DNA of 64,000 bases, taken from assembly GCA_003222535.1 (NCBI GenBank), contig QHWJ01000336.1, positions 6,026 through 70,025 of the forward strand, read 5' to 3'. The stretch comes from Acidobacteriota bacterium (GTDB lineage: Bacteria; Acidobacteriota; Vicinamibacteria; Vicinamibacterales; CAVVIG01). The first letter of the stretch is position 1. The number at the start of each line of letters is the position of its first letter. A program made the position numbers and the translations under genes. Positions 18,545 through 26,797 of this stretch are shown one piece after another. Below the pieces are notes generated by a model, which was not told the origin of the DNA, searched no databases, and saw only the letters and a program-made list of their open reading frames with translations.

Positions 18545-19231
18545 CTACGGCTTCATGGTGAAGATCAGGATGTGTTGGCGCGGGAGCGCGTCGTCCACTT
18601 TCGACAGCGTGAACCCTTCGGCCTCGACTTCGAGCTTCGCCTCGGCCACGCTCATCTTGTGCTCGGGCCTGATCGGGATGCTCGGATCCTCCTTGCGGTA
18701 CTCGAGCAGCACGAGTCGGCCGCCGGGTTTCAGCGCCTCGCGCAGGTGCCGGAGCATCGCCTGCGGCTGAGAGAGCTCGTGGTAGACGTCCACCATCAGC
18801 TCGAGATCGACCGAGGACGGCGGCAGCTTCGGATCGTCGACGGTACCTTGCACCATCGTGACGTTGGCGATGCGCTGCCTGGCGAGTCGCCGGGCGAGCA
18901 TGTCGAGCATCTGAGGCTGTACGTCGTTCGCGAAGACCCTGCCGGTGGGGCCGACGCGCGCGGCGAGCTTCACGGTCATGTAGCCGGATCCGGCGCCGAT
19001 GTCGGCGACCGACGCGCCCTTGGGGATTTTCAGCACGCTCAGCGCGACATCGGGCGCTTCTTCCTCGTCCCGTTCGATCCGCTCGAGCCACTCCGCGCCC
19101 TGGTAGCCCATCACCGGCGCGAACCGCCGTCCGCTGAGCGGGTGGACCCCGGGCGTCTGTGCCGCGAGGCCGGCCAGCAGGACGAGCGCGACCAGGCCGC
19201 TTCCCGTGACGCGAATCATTCGTGGGCGCAT
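18545..19231 (-). CDS. class I SAM-dependent methyltransferase with signal peptide
   Basis: Motif I VADIGAGSGYMTVKLA. Hydrophobic N-terminal leader. Confidence 0.8.
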   Translation of the reverse strand: MRPRMIRVTGSGLVALVLLAGLAAQTPGVHPLSGRRFAPVMGYQGAEWLERIERDEEEAPDVALSVLKIPKGASVADIGAGSGYMTVKLAARVGPTGRVFANDVQPQMLDMLARRLARQRIANVTMVQGTVDDPKLPPSSVDLELMVDVYHELSQPQAMLRHLREALKPGGRLVLLEYRKEDPSIPIRPEHKMSVAEAKLEVEAEGFTLSKVDDALPRQHILIFTMKP

Positions 19232-19249
19232 GTGACTAGAATATCAACA

Positions 19250-19786
19250 ATGACCGAGACGAAGCTGACCCCTTCACGGCTGTGGAAACAGATGACGCTC
19301 GACCAGCGGCAGCGCGCCGCGCGCGCGTTCTGGGAGGATCCCGAAGCGACCGACGATCAGGTGCAGGCCGCGCTGCTCATCGCCCAGCTGAAGAAATTCC
19401 GGCCAAAGACCGTCATCGGCCTCGACATGGATCGCAAGGCCAGGCACCTGGCCACTCTGGGCTCGCTGCCCGATCAAATCGCGGCGCGCGCGCTCATCGT
19501 CTATCACCTCGCGCAGCAGCGGCCGATGATGCGCGCGTTTCTCGACGCGCTCGGCCTGGCACACGACAACGGGTTGATTGCGGAAGACAGCCCGAAGCCG
19601 GATGCCGCGAAGATGGCCCCGGCCGCCGCGCAGATCGCCCAGCAGTTCCCGCCCGACGACGTGCGGATCTATCTCAATACGCTGCTCTGCCAGGATCCGG
19701 AGACGTGGGGGGCGCTCGACGAGACCGTGAAGGGGCTGGAGGCCGTGGCTGAAGGCGGGAGGATCGAGGAAACGAGGAAACCATGA
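19250..19786 (+). CDS. hypothetical protein (178 aa)
   Basis: Internal ATG of ORF 18572..19786, after the antisense methyltransferase gene. Sequence begins MTETKLTPSRLWKQMTLDQRQRAARAFWED. No family recognised. Confidence 0.55.
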   Translation: MTETKLTPSRLWKQMTLDQRQRAARAFWEDPEATDDQVQAALLIAQLKKFRPKTVIGLDMDRKARHLATLGSLPDQIAARALIVYHLAQQRPMMRAFLDALGLAHDNGLIAEDSPKPDAAKMAPAAAQIAQQFPPDDVRIYLNTLLCQDPETWGALDETVKGLEAVAEGGRIEETRKP

Positions 19787-20124
19787 TGCGACTGTTTTCT
19801 GCCCTGTCGCTGGCGGCGTGTTTGACGGGATGTGCCGGACGTGAGCTGCGCAGCATGCGGTGTGAATGGCCTTCTGAACCCGCCGTATCGATTGACCTGA
19901 ACAATCTTGCACAACTACGACATTTGCATGATGACGCGCAAGCCGCGGAAGCACTGGCCGTTGTCTATGCGGATTCGAAGCAGGGACGCGATAAATTCGG
20001 CCAACACCGCCAATCGACGGAACGATGTGAGGCGATGCTGTTCGACGCCATAGCGCGTGTTCATCACGTCGCATTCGAACAGGTTCGCGTTGCCCTTCGC
20101 CGGCAAAACGACACCCCTTTCTAG
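19783..20124 (+). CDS. small lipoprotein (113 aa)
   Basis: Lipobox LTGC in MMRLFSALSLAACLTGC. ATGA overlap with the upstream gene. Visibly lower GC than its neighbours. Confidence 0.5.
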   Translation: MMRLFSALSLAACLTGCAGRELRSMRCEWPSEPAVSIDLNNLAQLRHLHDDAQAAEALAVVYADSKQGRDKFGQHRQSTERCEAMLFDAIARVHHVAFEQVRVALRRQNDTPF

Positions 20125-20253
20125 GCCGACAACCGGCGAATACAGGCGGTAGTAACGCGTTCGCCCGATCACTGGAACGCTGCTGCTGCCGGCGGCAGGG
20201 GCAATCGTGCGCCCGTGCCGCAGCAGTGTGCGTACAGCGCACGAATGTAAGGT

Positions 20254-20303
20254 GTCAGGGTCAGCCATCAGCCGTCAGCCATCAGCCATCAGCCATCAGC
20301 CAT
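20254..20303. repeat. tandem heptamer array (TCAGCCA)x7, with two degenerate units
   Basis: Read directly. In the sense of the kinase gene the units read GGCTGAT. They encode its last codons (MADG) and its TGA stop. Confidence 0.9.
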
Positions 20304-22154
20304 TTTGTTGGCCATGGCCTCCACCAGCGGCAGCAACACTTCGAACGTCGTCCCCTGCGTCGGCCCGGTCGTGAAGGAAACCGTGCCACCTGCCGCTTTC
20401 GCGATCCCGTAGACGATCGACAGGCCGAGGCCGGTGCCCTTCGACGCGTCTTTCGTGGTGAAGAGCGGTTCGAAGATGTGCGCCTCCACGTCGGGGTCGA
20501 TGCCCACGCCGGTGTCGGTGACGGCGAGGCGGGCGAAGGGGCCGTCGGCAATTCCCGGATACCGCAGCACGCTCCGTTCGTCGAGGCGCACGGGCTCGAC
20601 CAGCACGTCGATCGGGCCGCCCTCCGGCATTGCGTCGCGAGCGTTGACGACGAGGTTCAGCAGCATCTGCTCGAGCTGCCCCGGTTCGACGCGCACGCGC
20701 GTGGGGGTGCTCGGCACGCGGACGGTGAGGGACACGCGCTCTCCCACCAGTCCGCGCATGATGCTTTCGAGCCGAAGCACCGCCTCGTTCAGATCCAGCA
20801 GCTTCGCATCGGGCATCTGACTCCGGCTGAAGGCCAGCAGCTGCCGCGTCAGGGCGGCGCCGCGCAGCGCCGCCCTCCGGATCTCGTCGGACTCGTGGCG
20901 CGATGGATCGTCGGGCTTCAGGCTCATGCACAGCAGGTCGCTGCAGCCGATGATGGCCGCCAGCACATTGTTGAAGTCGTGTGCCACGCGGCGCGCCAGG
21001 CGGCCGAGGGCTTCCATCTTCAGCGCCTCCCGCAGCTGGTCCTCGAGCGCGCGCTTCTCGGTGATGTCTTCGGCCACTCCCTCGAAACAGCTCAGCCCGT
21101 CGTCGAAATCGACGACGCGCGCCGTGAGGCGGACCACGATGGGCGTGCCGTCCTTCCGCTGCCAGGTGACGTCGGTGGCGAGGGTCTGATTGTTCTCGCG
21201 GCGATACCGGTCGATGAGCGCGCCGCGCTCGGCCGACGACTTGTACACCGCGGACATGTCGAGCGCCAGCAGCTCGTCGACCGTGTAGCCGAGCATGTTC
21301 GCGAGCGCCGGGTTCGCGTCGAGGATCGTGCCGTCCACGGTGGCGCGGTAGATGCCGTAGGCCGCGCCCTGAATGAGGGAGCGATAGCGCGCCTCGGACT
21401 TCCGCAGGCGATCGTCGGCGTCTTTCTGGCGGGAGATGTCCCGCGTGATGGCGTGGATTGCGGTGACGCGCTCGCCTTCGTAGACGAGCTGCACGTGCTG
21501 GCCGACCCAGATCGTCTGGCCGGTCTTCGTCACCGCCGGTAGCTCGAGATACGTCGTCGGCGTCCGGTCGAGCATCTGTCGCTGGTAGACGTCCCCGGCA
21601 GCCTGCTGATAATCCGGCCGGACGAGCGACAGAAAATGACGGCCGATCAGCTCGTGCTCGGCGTACTGCATGACGCGCGCGGCCGTCGGATTCACGTATG
21701 TGAACCGGCCTTCTCGGTCGCAGTAGTAAATCAAGTCCTGCGCGTTCTCCACGATATGGCGCAGGTGCTCCTCGCTGGCGCGCAGCGCCTCCTCGGCGAG
21801 GCGGCGGTCGGTCACGTCGCGGTAGTTGACGACGACGGCGGCAATCGCCGGATGGTCGAGGCGGTTCACCGCGATGCCTTCGAGGTTGCGCCACGATCCG
21901 TCCTTGTGGCGCAGGCGGTACTCGGCCGCCAGCGGCACGCCCGGACGCCGCAGGCATTCCACGAACGAGTCGCGCGCCCGCGGCGCGTCGTCGGGGTGCA
22001 TCAGCTCGATCGCGCTGCGGGTGATCCGCTCCCCGAGCGAGTACCCGAGGAGCCGCGCGGCCGAGTCGCTTAGAAAGCGGATCGTGCCGTCCGCGTCCAG
22101 CATGGCGACCGCATCCGAGCTGTTCTGGACGAGGACCTGGAAGAGCGGGTCCAT
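20289..22154 (-). CDS. multi-PAS sensor histidine kinase (cytoplasmic)
   Basis: 621 aa with three PAS-like modules. H-box VAHDFNNVL, then NLVVNARDAM, DTGVGI and GTGLGLS. Confidence 0.9.
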   Translation of the reverse strand: MDPLFQVLVQNSSDAVAMLDADGTIRFLSDSAARLLGYSLGERITRSAIELMHPDDAPRARDSFVECLRRPGVPLAAEYRLRHKDGSWRNLEGIAVNRLDHPAIAAVVVNYRDVTDRRLAEEALRASEEHLRHIVENAQDLIYYCDREGRFTYVNPTAARVMQYAEHELIGRHFLSLVRPDYQQAAGDVYQRQMLDRTPTTYLELPAVTKTGQTIWVGQHVQLVYEGERVTAIHAITRDISRQKDADDRLRKSEARYRSLIQGAAYGIYRATVDGTILDANPALANMLGYTVDELLALDMSAVYKSSAERGALIDRYRRENNQTLATDVTWQRKDGTPIVVRLTARVVDFDDGLSCFEGVAEDITEKRALEDQLREALKMEALGRLARRVAHDFNNVLAAIIGCSDLLCMSLKPDDPSRHESDEIRRAALRGAALTRQLLAFSRSQMPDAKLLDLNEAVLRLESIMRGLVGERVSLTVRVPSTPTRVRVEPGQLEQMLLNLVVNARDAMPEGGPIDVLVEPVRLDERSVLRYPGIADGPFARLAVTDTGVGIDPDVEAHIFEPLFTTKDASKGTGLGLSIVYGIAKAAGGTVSFTTGPTQGTTFEVLLPLVEAMANKMADG

Positions 22155-24116
22155 TCAGCGTTGCGGCGCGTCCGACGCGGGAGCCGCCTTCAGGTATTTG
22201 TCGTACCACCCGATGATGCGATTCAGCCGGTCGAGCAGGTGCTTTTCCTCGCGCAGCCCGTGCGGCTCGCGCGGGTAGAGGACGAAGTCGGCGTCGACGC
22301 CGTACCGTTTCAAGCCGCGATAGAACTGCTGGCTCTGGCCGATGGGATCGGTCGTGTCGTCTTCTCCCTGGAGCAGAAGCGTCGGCGTCTTCACGTTCCT
22401 GACGAACGTGATCGGCGAGCTCTTGATGAATCCGTCGAGCTTTTCGAACGGCGTGCCGTAAAACCACTCGTCGTACGCCGATCCGTTTTCCGTGCCGAAC
22501 TCGCTGGCCATGTCGATCACCGGCGCGCCCGACACGGCCGCCTTGAAACGGGTCGTCTGCGTGACGGCCCAGGCGGCCATGTAGCCGCCGTAGGACCAGC
22601 CGCCGATGCCGAGCCGGTCCGGATCCGCGACGCCGCGCGCGATGAGCCAGTCGACGCCGGCCATGACGTCCTTGAAATCACCGCCGCCCCAGTCGGCGCG
22701 GTTCATCTCGATGAAGCGCTCGCCGTAGCCGGTGGATCCGCGCACGTTCGGATACAGCACCGCGTACCCGCGCGCGGCGAGCAGCTGCCCCCACGGCTCG
22801 AAGCTGTCGCTCCAGCGCCCCGTCGGCCCGCCGTGGACAAGGACAACGGTCGGCGCTTTGGCGGTGCCGTCCGGCCGCAGCAACGCCGCTTCGATCTCGA
22901 CGCCGTCCCCGCTCTTGTACTTCACGAATTCCGGCGCGACGACCGGAATCGACGCCCACTTGTCGTTGAATGCCGTGACGGCGCGCGCCGGCGCGTTCGC
23001 CGGTTTGATCCACAGCTCCGGCGCCATCGTCACCGTTTCGCCGGCGTACGCGAAGGTGCCGTTGGAGGAACGCGCGAAGAGGGACGGGTTGACGTCGACG
23101 CCGTCCAGCATCTGCACCCGGCCGTCGCGGCCGAGCATCGCAATGGCGCTCCTGAACCCGCGAGCGACGTTCACGGCAAGAGACTGATTGTCGATCCACC
23201 GCGGCTGGCTGATCGGCCGGTCGATCGTCTGGGCGGTGATGTTCCGCGGCGCGCCGCCGACGATCGGCTGCAGATACAGATCGTGCGCCTCCGGGCCATC
23301 GACGCGCGCCCCCAGGTAAGCGATCGTCTTTCCGTCCGGCGACAGCGCGAGCTCGCCCAGCGGACCCCGCGGCGCTGCAATCTCCGTGAATCGGCCATCC
23401 GCCGGATCGATGGAATAGATCCGTTCATTCCACTGATCGGCTTCCGGCTTTTCGCTCGCCGCCGCGATCAGCCGGCTGCCGTCGGGCGTCCATGAGATCT
23501 CCCCGATGCGCCAGCGGCCCGACGTGATCTGTTTCAGGGTGCGCGATGCGACGTCGAGCACCCATACCCGCTGACGGCGGTTGTCCTTGTCGACGACGCG
23601 GCCGTCGTCTTTGTCGCGCTCGCGCTGCTGCAGCGCCTCGGGCTTGGGTTCCGCCATCAGGAGCGCGATGCGCGTGCCGTCCGGCGACCAGCGGTACGCG
23701 CCGACAGCCTCTTTCCGATCGGTGAGCTTCTCTGCGTCGCCGCCGTGCATGGACAGGCGGTAGAGCTGCGGTGCGCCGTCGCGGTCCGAGACGAACGTGA
23801 CCCACTCGCCATCCGGCGACCAGCGCGGCGCCGTGTCGTTCTTGCCGGAATAGGTGAGCTGGCGCAGCTGGCCGCTGGCGACGTCGAGCCGCCAGATCGC
23901 GCGCGCCCGCACTGCGCCCTTGACGGGGTCGCTCACCGAGAAGAGCAGGCGCGATCCGTCAGGCGAGAACTCGAGATCGCCCGCGGTGCGATCGCCGACG
24001 GCGCGGCGATCCAGCGTCTGCTCGGGCGTCAGCGCCGGCCCCGGCCGGGAGCCAGGCTGCTGGCCGGCAGCGGCTGCTTCCGCGAACGCAATCAGGATGA
24101 AGGCGGCGTTCTTCAT
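22155..24116 (-). CDS. S9 family serine peptidase (prolyl oligopeptidase / acylaminoacyl peptidase type) with signal peptide
   Basis: Beta-propeller N-terminal region with WSPDG repeats. Nucleophile motif GGWSYGG. C-terminal EPHGL. Its stop abuts the kinase start. Confidence 0.9.
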   Translation of the reverse strand: MKNAAFILIAFAEAAAAGQQPGSRPGPALTPEQTLDRRAVGDRTAGDLEFSPDGSRLLFSVSDPVKGAVRARAIWRLDVASGQLRQLTYSGKNDTAPRWSPDGEWVTFVSDRDGAPQLYRLSMHGGDAEKLTDRKEAVGAYRWSPDGTRIALLMAEPKPEALQQRERDKDDGRVVDKDNRRQRVWVLDVASRTLKQITSGRWRIGEISWTPDGSRLIAAASEKPEADQWNERIYSIDPADGRFTEIAAPRGPLGELALSPDGKTIAYLGARVDGPEAHDLYLQPIVGGAPRNITAQTIDRPISQPRWIDNQSLAVNVARGFRSAIAMLGRDGRVQMLDGVDVNPSLFARSSNGTFAYAGETVTMAPELWIKPANAPARAVTAFNDKWASIPVVAPEFVKYKSGDGVEIEAALLRPDGTAKAPTVVLVHGGPTGRWSDSFEPWGQLLAARGYAVLYPNVRGSTGYGERFIEMNRADWGGGDFKDVMAGVDWLIARGVADPDRLGIGGWSYGGYMAAWAVTQTTRFKAAVSGAPVIDMASEFGTENGSAYDEWFYGTPFEKLDGFIKSSPITFVRNVKTPTLLLQGEDDTTDPIGQSQQFYRGLKRYGVDADFVLYPREPHGLREEKHLLDRLNRIIGWYDKYLKAAPASDAPQR

Positions 24117-24122
24117 AAGTTG

Positions 24123-25067
24123 ATGCGACTTACCTTAGCATGGGGGCTCGTGCCGCTCCTCTTCCTTCATTCATCAGCTCTTGCGCCTGGGGTGTCGCCC
24201 GTTCGCATTCACTACCGCGACGCCGGCGCGGGCCCACCGATCGTGATCCTTCACGGCGGCTGGGGCTATGAGGTCTACCCGTTCGATCGCCAGATTGCGG
24301 CGCTCTCGGCGGACCATCGACTGGTGATTCCGGATCGCACCGGATACGGCGGATCGGGGCGGCTCGTGCGGCAGGAGCGTGATTTCCATCATCGCGCCGC
24401 GGCCGAAACGTTGGCCGTGATCGAGGCGATGGGGCTCGAGCGTCCGGTGCTGTGGGGCCACAGCGACGGCGCGGTGATCGCGCTGCTGATGGGGCTGTCC
24501 ACGCCGGAGCGTCTCGGCGGTCTGATTGTCGAAGCGACGCATTTCTTCCGCAGCAAACCGGCGTCGCGCGGGTTTTTCGACACCATGATCGCCAACCCCG
24601 ACGGCCTCGGCGAGCGTGTGACGACCGTGCTGGCGCGGGAACATGGGGAAGCGTGGCGGGACCTGATCACGGCGAACGGGGTCGCCTGGCGGCGGATCGC
24701 CGACGAGCGATCGGACGCGAACGAGGATCTCTATGGCGGCCGGCTCGGCACGCTGCGCGTGCCGGCGCTCGTGATCCACGGCGGGCGTGATCCGCGGACG
24801 GAGCCCGGCGAGCTCGATGCGCTGCGCGCCGTGCTTTCGGGGCACACCCTTGGCCCGACCGCGCGGTTTCAGATCCTGCCCGAAGGGGCGCACAGCCCGC
24901 ACAGCGAACGGGCGACGGCCGACGAGGTGACGCGCCTCGCGCAGCACTTCCTGTCCGACGCCGAATCGGTGCGTTCAGCCTCTCCCGCCCCACCCGCCCT
25001 ACCTGACCCACCTGGCCTACCTGACCTACCCGACCTACGCGACCAACGCGACCAACGCGACCAATAA
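24123..25067 (+). CDS. alpha/beta-fold hydrolase
   Basis: HGGWG oxyanion region and nucleophile elbow GHSDG. The last ~25 aa (PALPDPPGLPDLPDLRDQRDQRDQ) are encoded by a 9-nt tandem array. Confidence 0.8.
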   Translation: MRLTLAWGLVPLLFLHSSALAPGVSPVRIHYRDAGAGPPIVILHGGWGYEVYPFDRQIAALSADHRLVIPDRTGYGGSGRLVRQERDFHHRAAAETLAVIEAMGLERPVLWGHSDGAVIALLMGLSTPERLGGLIVEATHFFRSKPASRGFFDTMIANPDGLGERVTTVLAREHGEAWRDLITANGVAWRRIADERSDANEDLYGGRLGTLRVPALVIHGGRDPRTEPGELDALRAVLSGHTLGPTARFQILPEGAHSPHSERATADEVTRLAQHFLSDAESVRSASPAPPALPDPPGLPDLPDLRDQRDQRDQ

Positions 25068-25069
25068 TG
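24980..25069. repeat. tandem 9-nt array, about 10 units (CCTACCTGA / CCAACGCGA variants)
   Basis: Read directly. The array is in frame with the hydrolase 3' end, and the last unit CCAATAATG carries the TAA stop and the next gene's ATG. Confidence 0.85.
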
Positions 25070-26026
25070 ATGGCTCCCGCGCTCGAATTCGATCGCGTCT
25101 CGCGCGACTTCGCCTTGCCGGACGGGCGTCTCTACCGCGCGCTCGACCAGATTTCGTTCGCCATCTCCGCGGGATCGTTCGTCGCCATCGCCGGACCGAG
25201 CGGCTGCGGCAAATCGACACTGCTGAACATCGCCGCCGGCCTGCTGACACCTTCGTCCGGCCGGGTGCATGTGGACGGCGAGCCGGTCGATGGGCTCAAC
25301 CGGAGCGCGACGTACATGTTTCAGCAGGACGCGCTCCTCCCGTGGAAGACCGTCCGCGACAACGTGGCGCTCGGCCTGACGTTGAGCGGCGTGACGCGCG
25401 CCGAGGCGCACGCGCGCGCCGACGCCTGGCTCGCGCGGGTCGGGCTCGCGGCGTTCGCCGCGCATTACCCGTCGCAATTGAGTGGAGGCATGCGCAAGCG
25501 CGTCACGATGGCGCAGAACTGGATCATCGATCGAGGCATGCTCCTGATGGACGAGCCGTTCAGCGCGCTGGACGTGCATACGCGGCTGCGGATGGAGACC
25601 GAGCTGCTGGCGCTGTGGGAGAGCCGCTCGGCTGACCAGCCTCCGCCAAGGCTTCGGCGGTCCGCCGTAGCTTCAGCGAATGCGGAAAGCCTCGCGCTCC
25701 AAGAAACCGGAGGGCAAGCCTCTCAGGCGGGCGGCGACCGGGAAACCGGAGGGCGAGCCTTTCAGGCGAGCCGCGATCGGAAAACCATCGTCTTCGTGAC
25801 GCACGATCTCGAAGAGGCGATCGCGCTCGCCGACGAGGTCGTCGTGCTGTCCGCCGGCCCGGCCGCACACGTCGTGGCTCGCCATCCGGTGACCCTCGAT
25901 CGCCCCCGCGACCTGATGGAACTGCGGACGTCGGAGGCGTTCGTCGATCTCTACCGCGCGCTCTGGGTCGTGCTCCGCGAGGAAGTAATCAGGAGCCAGC
26001 GGTCCGCCGAGGCGACGCGTGGGTGA
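25067..26026 (+). CDS. NitT/TauT-family ABC transporter ATP-binding protein with a ~52-aa repeat-derived insertion
   Basis: Walker A GPSGCGKST, signature LSGGMRKRV, Walker B LLMDEPFSALD, H-loop VFVTHDLEEA. The segment SRSADQ...ETGGQASQAGGDRETGGRAFQASRDR is inserted before the H-loop strand. Confidence 0.85.
   Translation: MMAPALEFDRVSRDFALPDGRLYRALDQISFAISAGSFVAIAGPSGCGKSTLLNIAAGLLTPSSGRVHVDGEPVDGLNRSATYMFQQDALLPWKTVRDNVALGLTLSGVTRAEAHARADAWLARVGLAAFAAHYPSQLSGGMRKRVTMAQNWIIDRGMLLMDEPFSALDVHTRLRMETELLALWESRSADQPPPRLRRSAVASANAESLALQETGGQASQAGGDRETGGRAFQASRDRKTIVFVTHDLEEAIALADEVVVLSAGPAAHVVARHPVTLDRPRDLMELRTSEAFVDLYRALWVVLREEVIRSQRSAEATRG
25624..25783. repeat. intragenic REP-like insertion including a 39-bp tandem duplication
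   Basis: 25703-25741 and 25742-25780 are two 39-nt units (GAAACCGGAGGGC[A/G]AGCCT[C/T]TCAGGCG...). The related sequence CCGGAGCGCGAGCCTTTCAGGCGAGCG is intergenic at 50668-50740. Confidence 0.75.
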
Positions 26027-26795
26027 CCCGGAGGCGCGGGACGCCAGCCGAACGACGATCGCGTTCTGGCAGATGGCGGTCGGCCTCTGCGCGCTGTCGC
26101 TGTGGCAGGGTCTCGTCGCGCTGAAGCTCCTCGATCCATTCTTCGTCAGCCGGCCCACGGCCATCGCGCAGCGGATCGCGATCTGGGTGATCGACGGATC
26201 GCTGTGGCGACACCTGGCAGCCACCCTTGAAGAGTCGCTGCTCGGCCTGGTGCTCGGCGCCGCCGCGGGCATCTCGCTGGGCTTCCTGCTGGGCCGATCG
26301 CCGGTGCTGGCGCGTGTGTTCGATCCGTATATCAAGATGTTGAACGCCGTCCCGCGCGTCGTGCTCGCACCGTTGTTTCTGCTGTGGTTCGGGCTCGGGA
26401 TCTGGTCGAAGGTCGCGCTGGCGCTGACGCTCGTGTTCTTCGTCATGTTCTTCAACACGTATCAGGGGGTGCGCGACGCGGAGCGCGTGCTGATCGACAA
26501 CGTCCGCATGCTCGGCGCCACCGAACGTCAGCTCGTGCGGCACGTGCTTATCCCGAGCGCGCTGACGTGGATCTTTTCGAGCCTCCAGACGAGCCTCGGA
26601 TTCGCGATGGTGGGCGCCGTTGTGGGAGAGTATCTGGGCGCGACGCGCGGGCTCGGCTATGTCATCTCGCAGGCCGAAGGGACATTCGACACGACGGGCG
26701 TCTTCGCGGGGATGACGGTGCTCGGCCTGGTCGTCGTGATCGTCAGCGCAGGGGTGACCCGATTGGAGCGATGGTTACTGCGGTGGAAAGGGTGA
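26019..26795 (+). CDS. NitT/TauT-family ABC transporter permease
   Basis: 258 aa. BPD_transp_1-like segment LNAVPRVVLAPLFLLWFGLGIWSK. Overlaps the end of the ATPase gene. Confidence 0.85.
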   Translation: MGDPEARDASRTTIAFWQMAVGLCALSLWQGLVALKLLDPFFVSRPTAIAQRIAIWVIDGSLWRHLAATLEESLLGLVLGAAAGISLGFLLGRSPVLARVFDPYIKMLNAVPRVVLAPLFLLWFGLGIWSKVALALTLVFFVMFFNTYQGVRDAERVLIDNVRMLGATERQLVRHVLIPSALTWIFSSLQTSLGFAMVGAVVGEYLGATRGLGYVISQAEGTFDTTGVFAGMTVLGLVVVIVSAGVTRLERWLLRWKG

Positions 26796-26797
26796 CG

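Noticed and set aside
20254-20303. The short tandem arrays (also at 2391, 36444, 56459 and 63308) as possible CRISPR arrays.
   Set aside because: The units are 7-9 nt and directly contiguous, with no spacers. CRISPR repeats are about 24-48 nt, separated by unique spacers. No cas genes are present.
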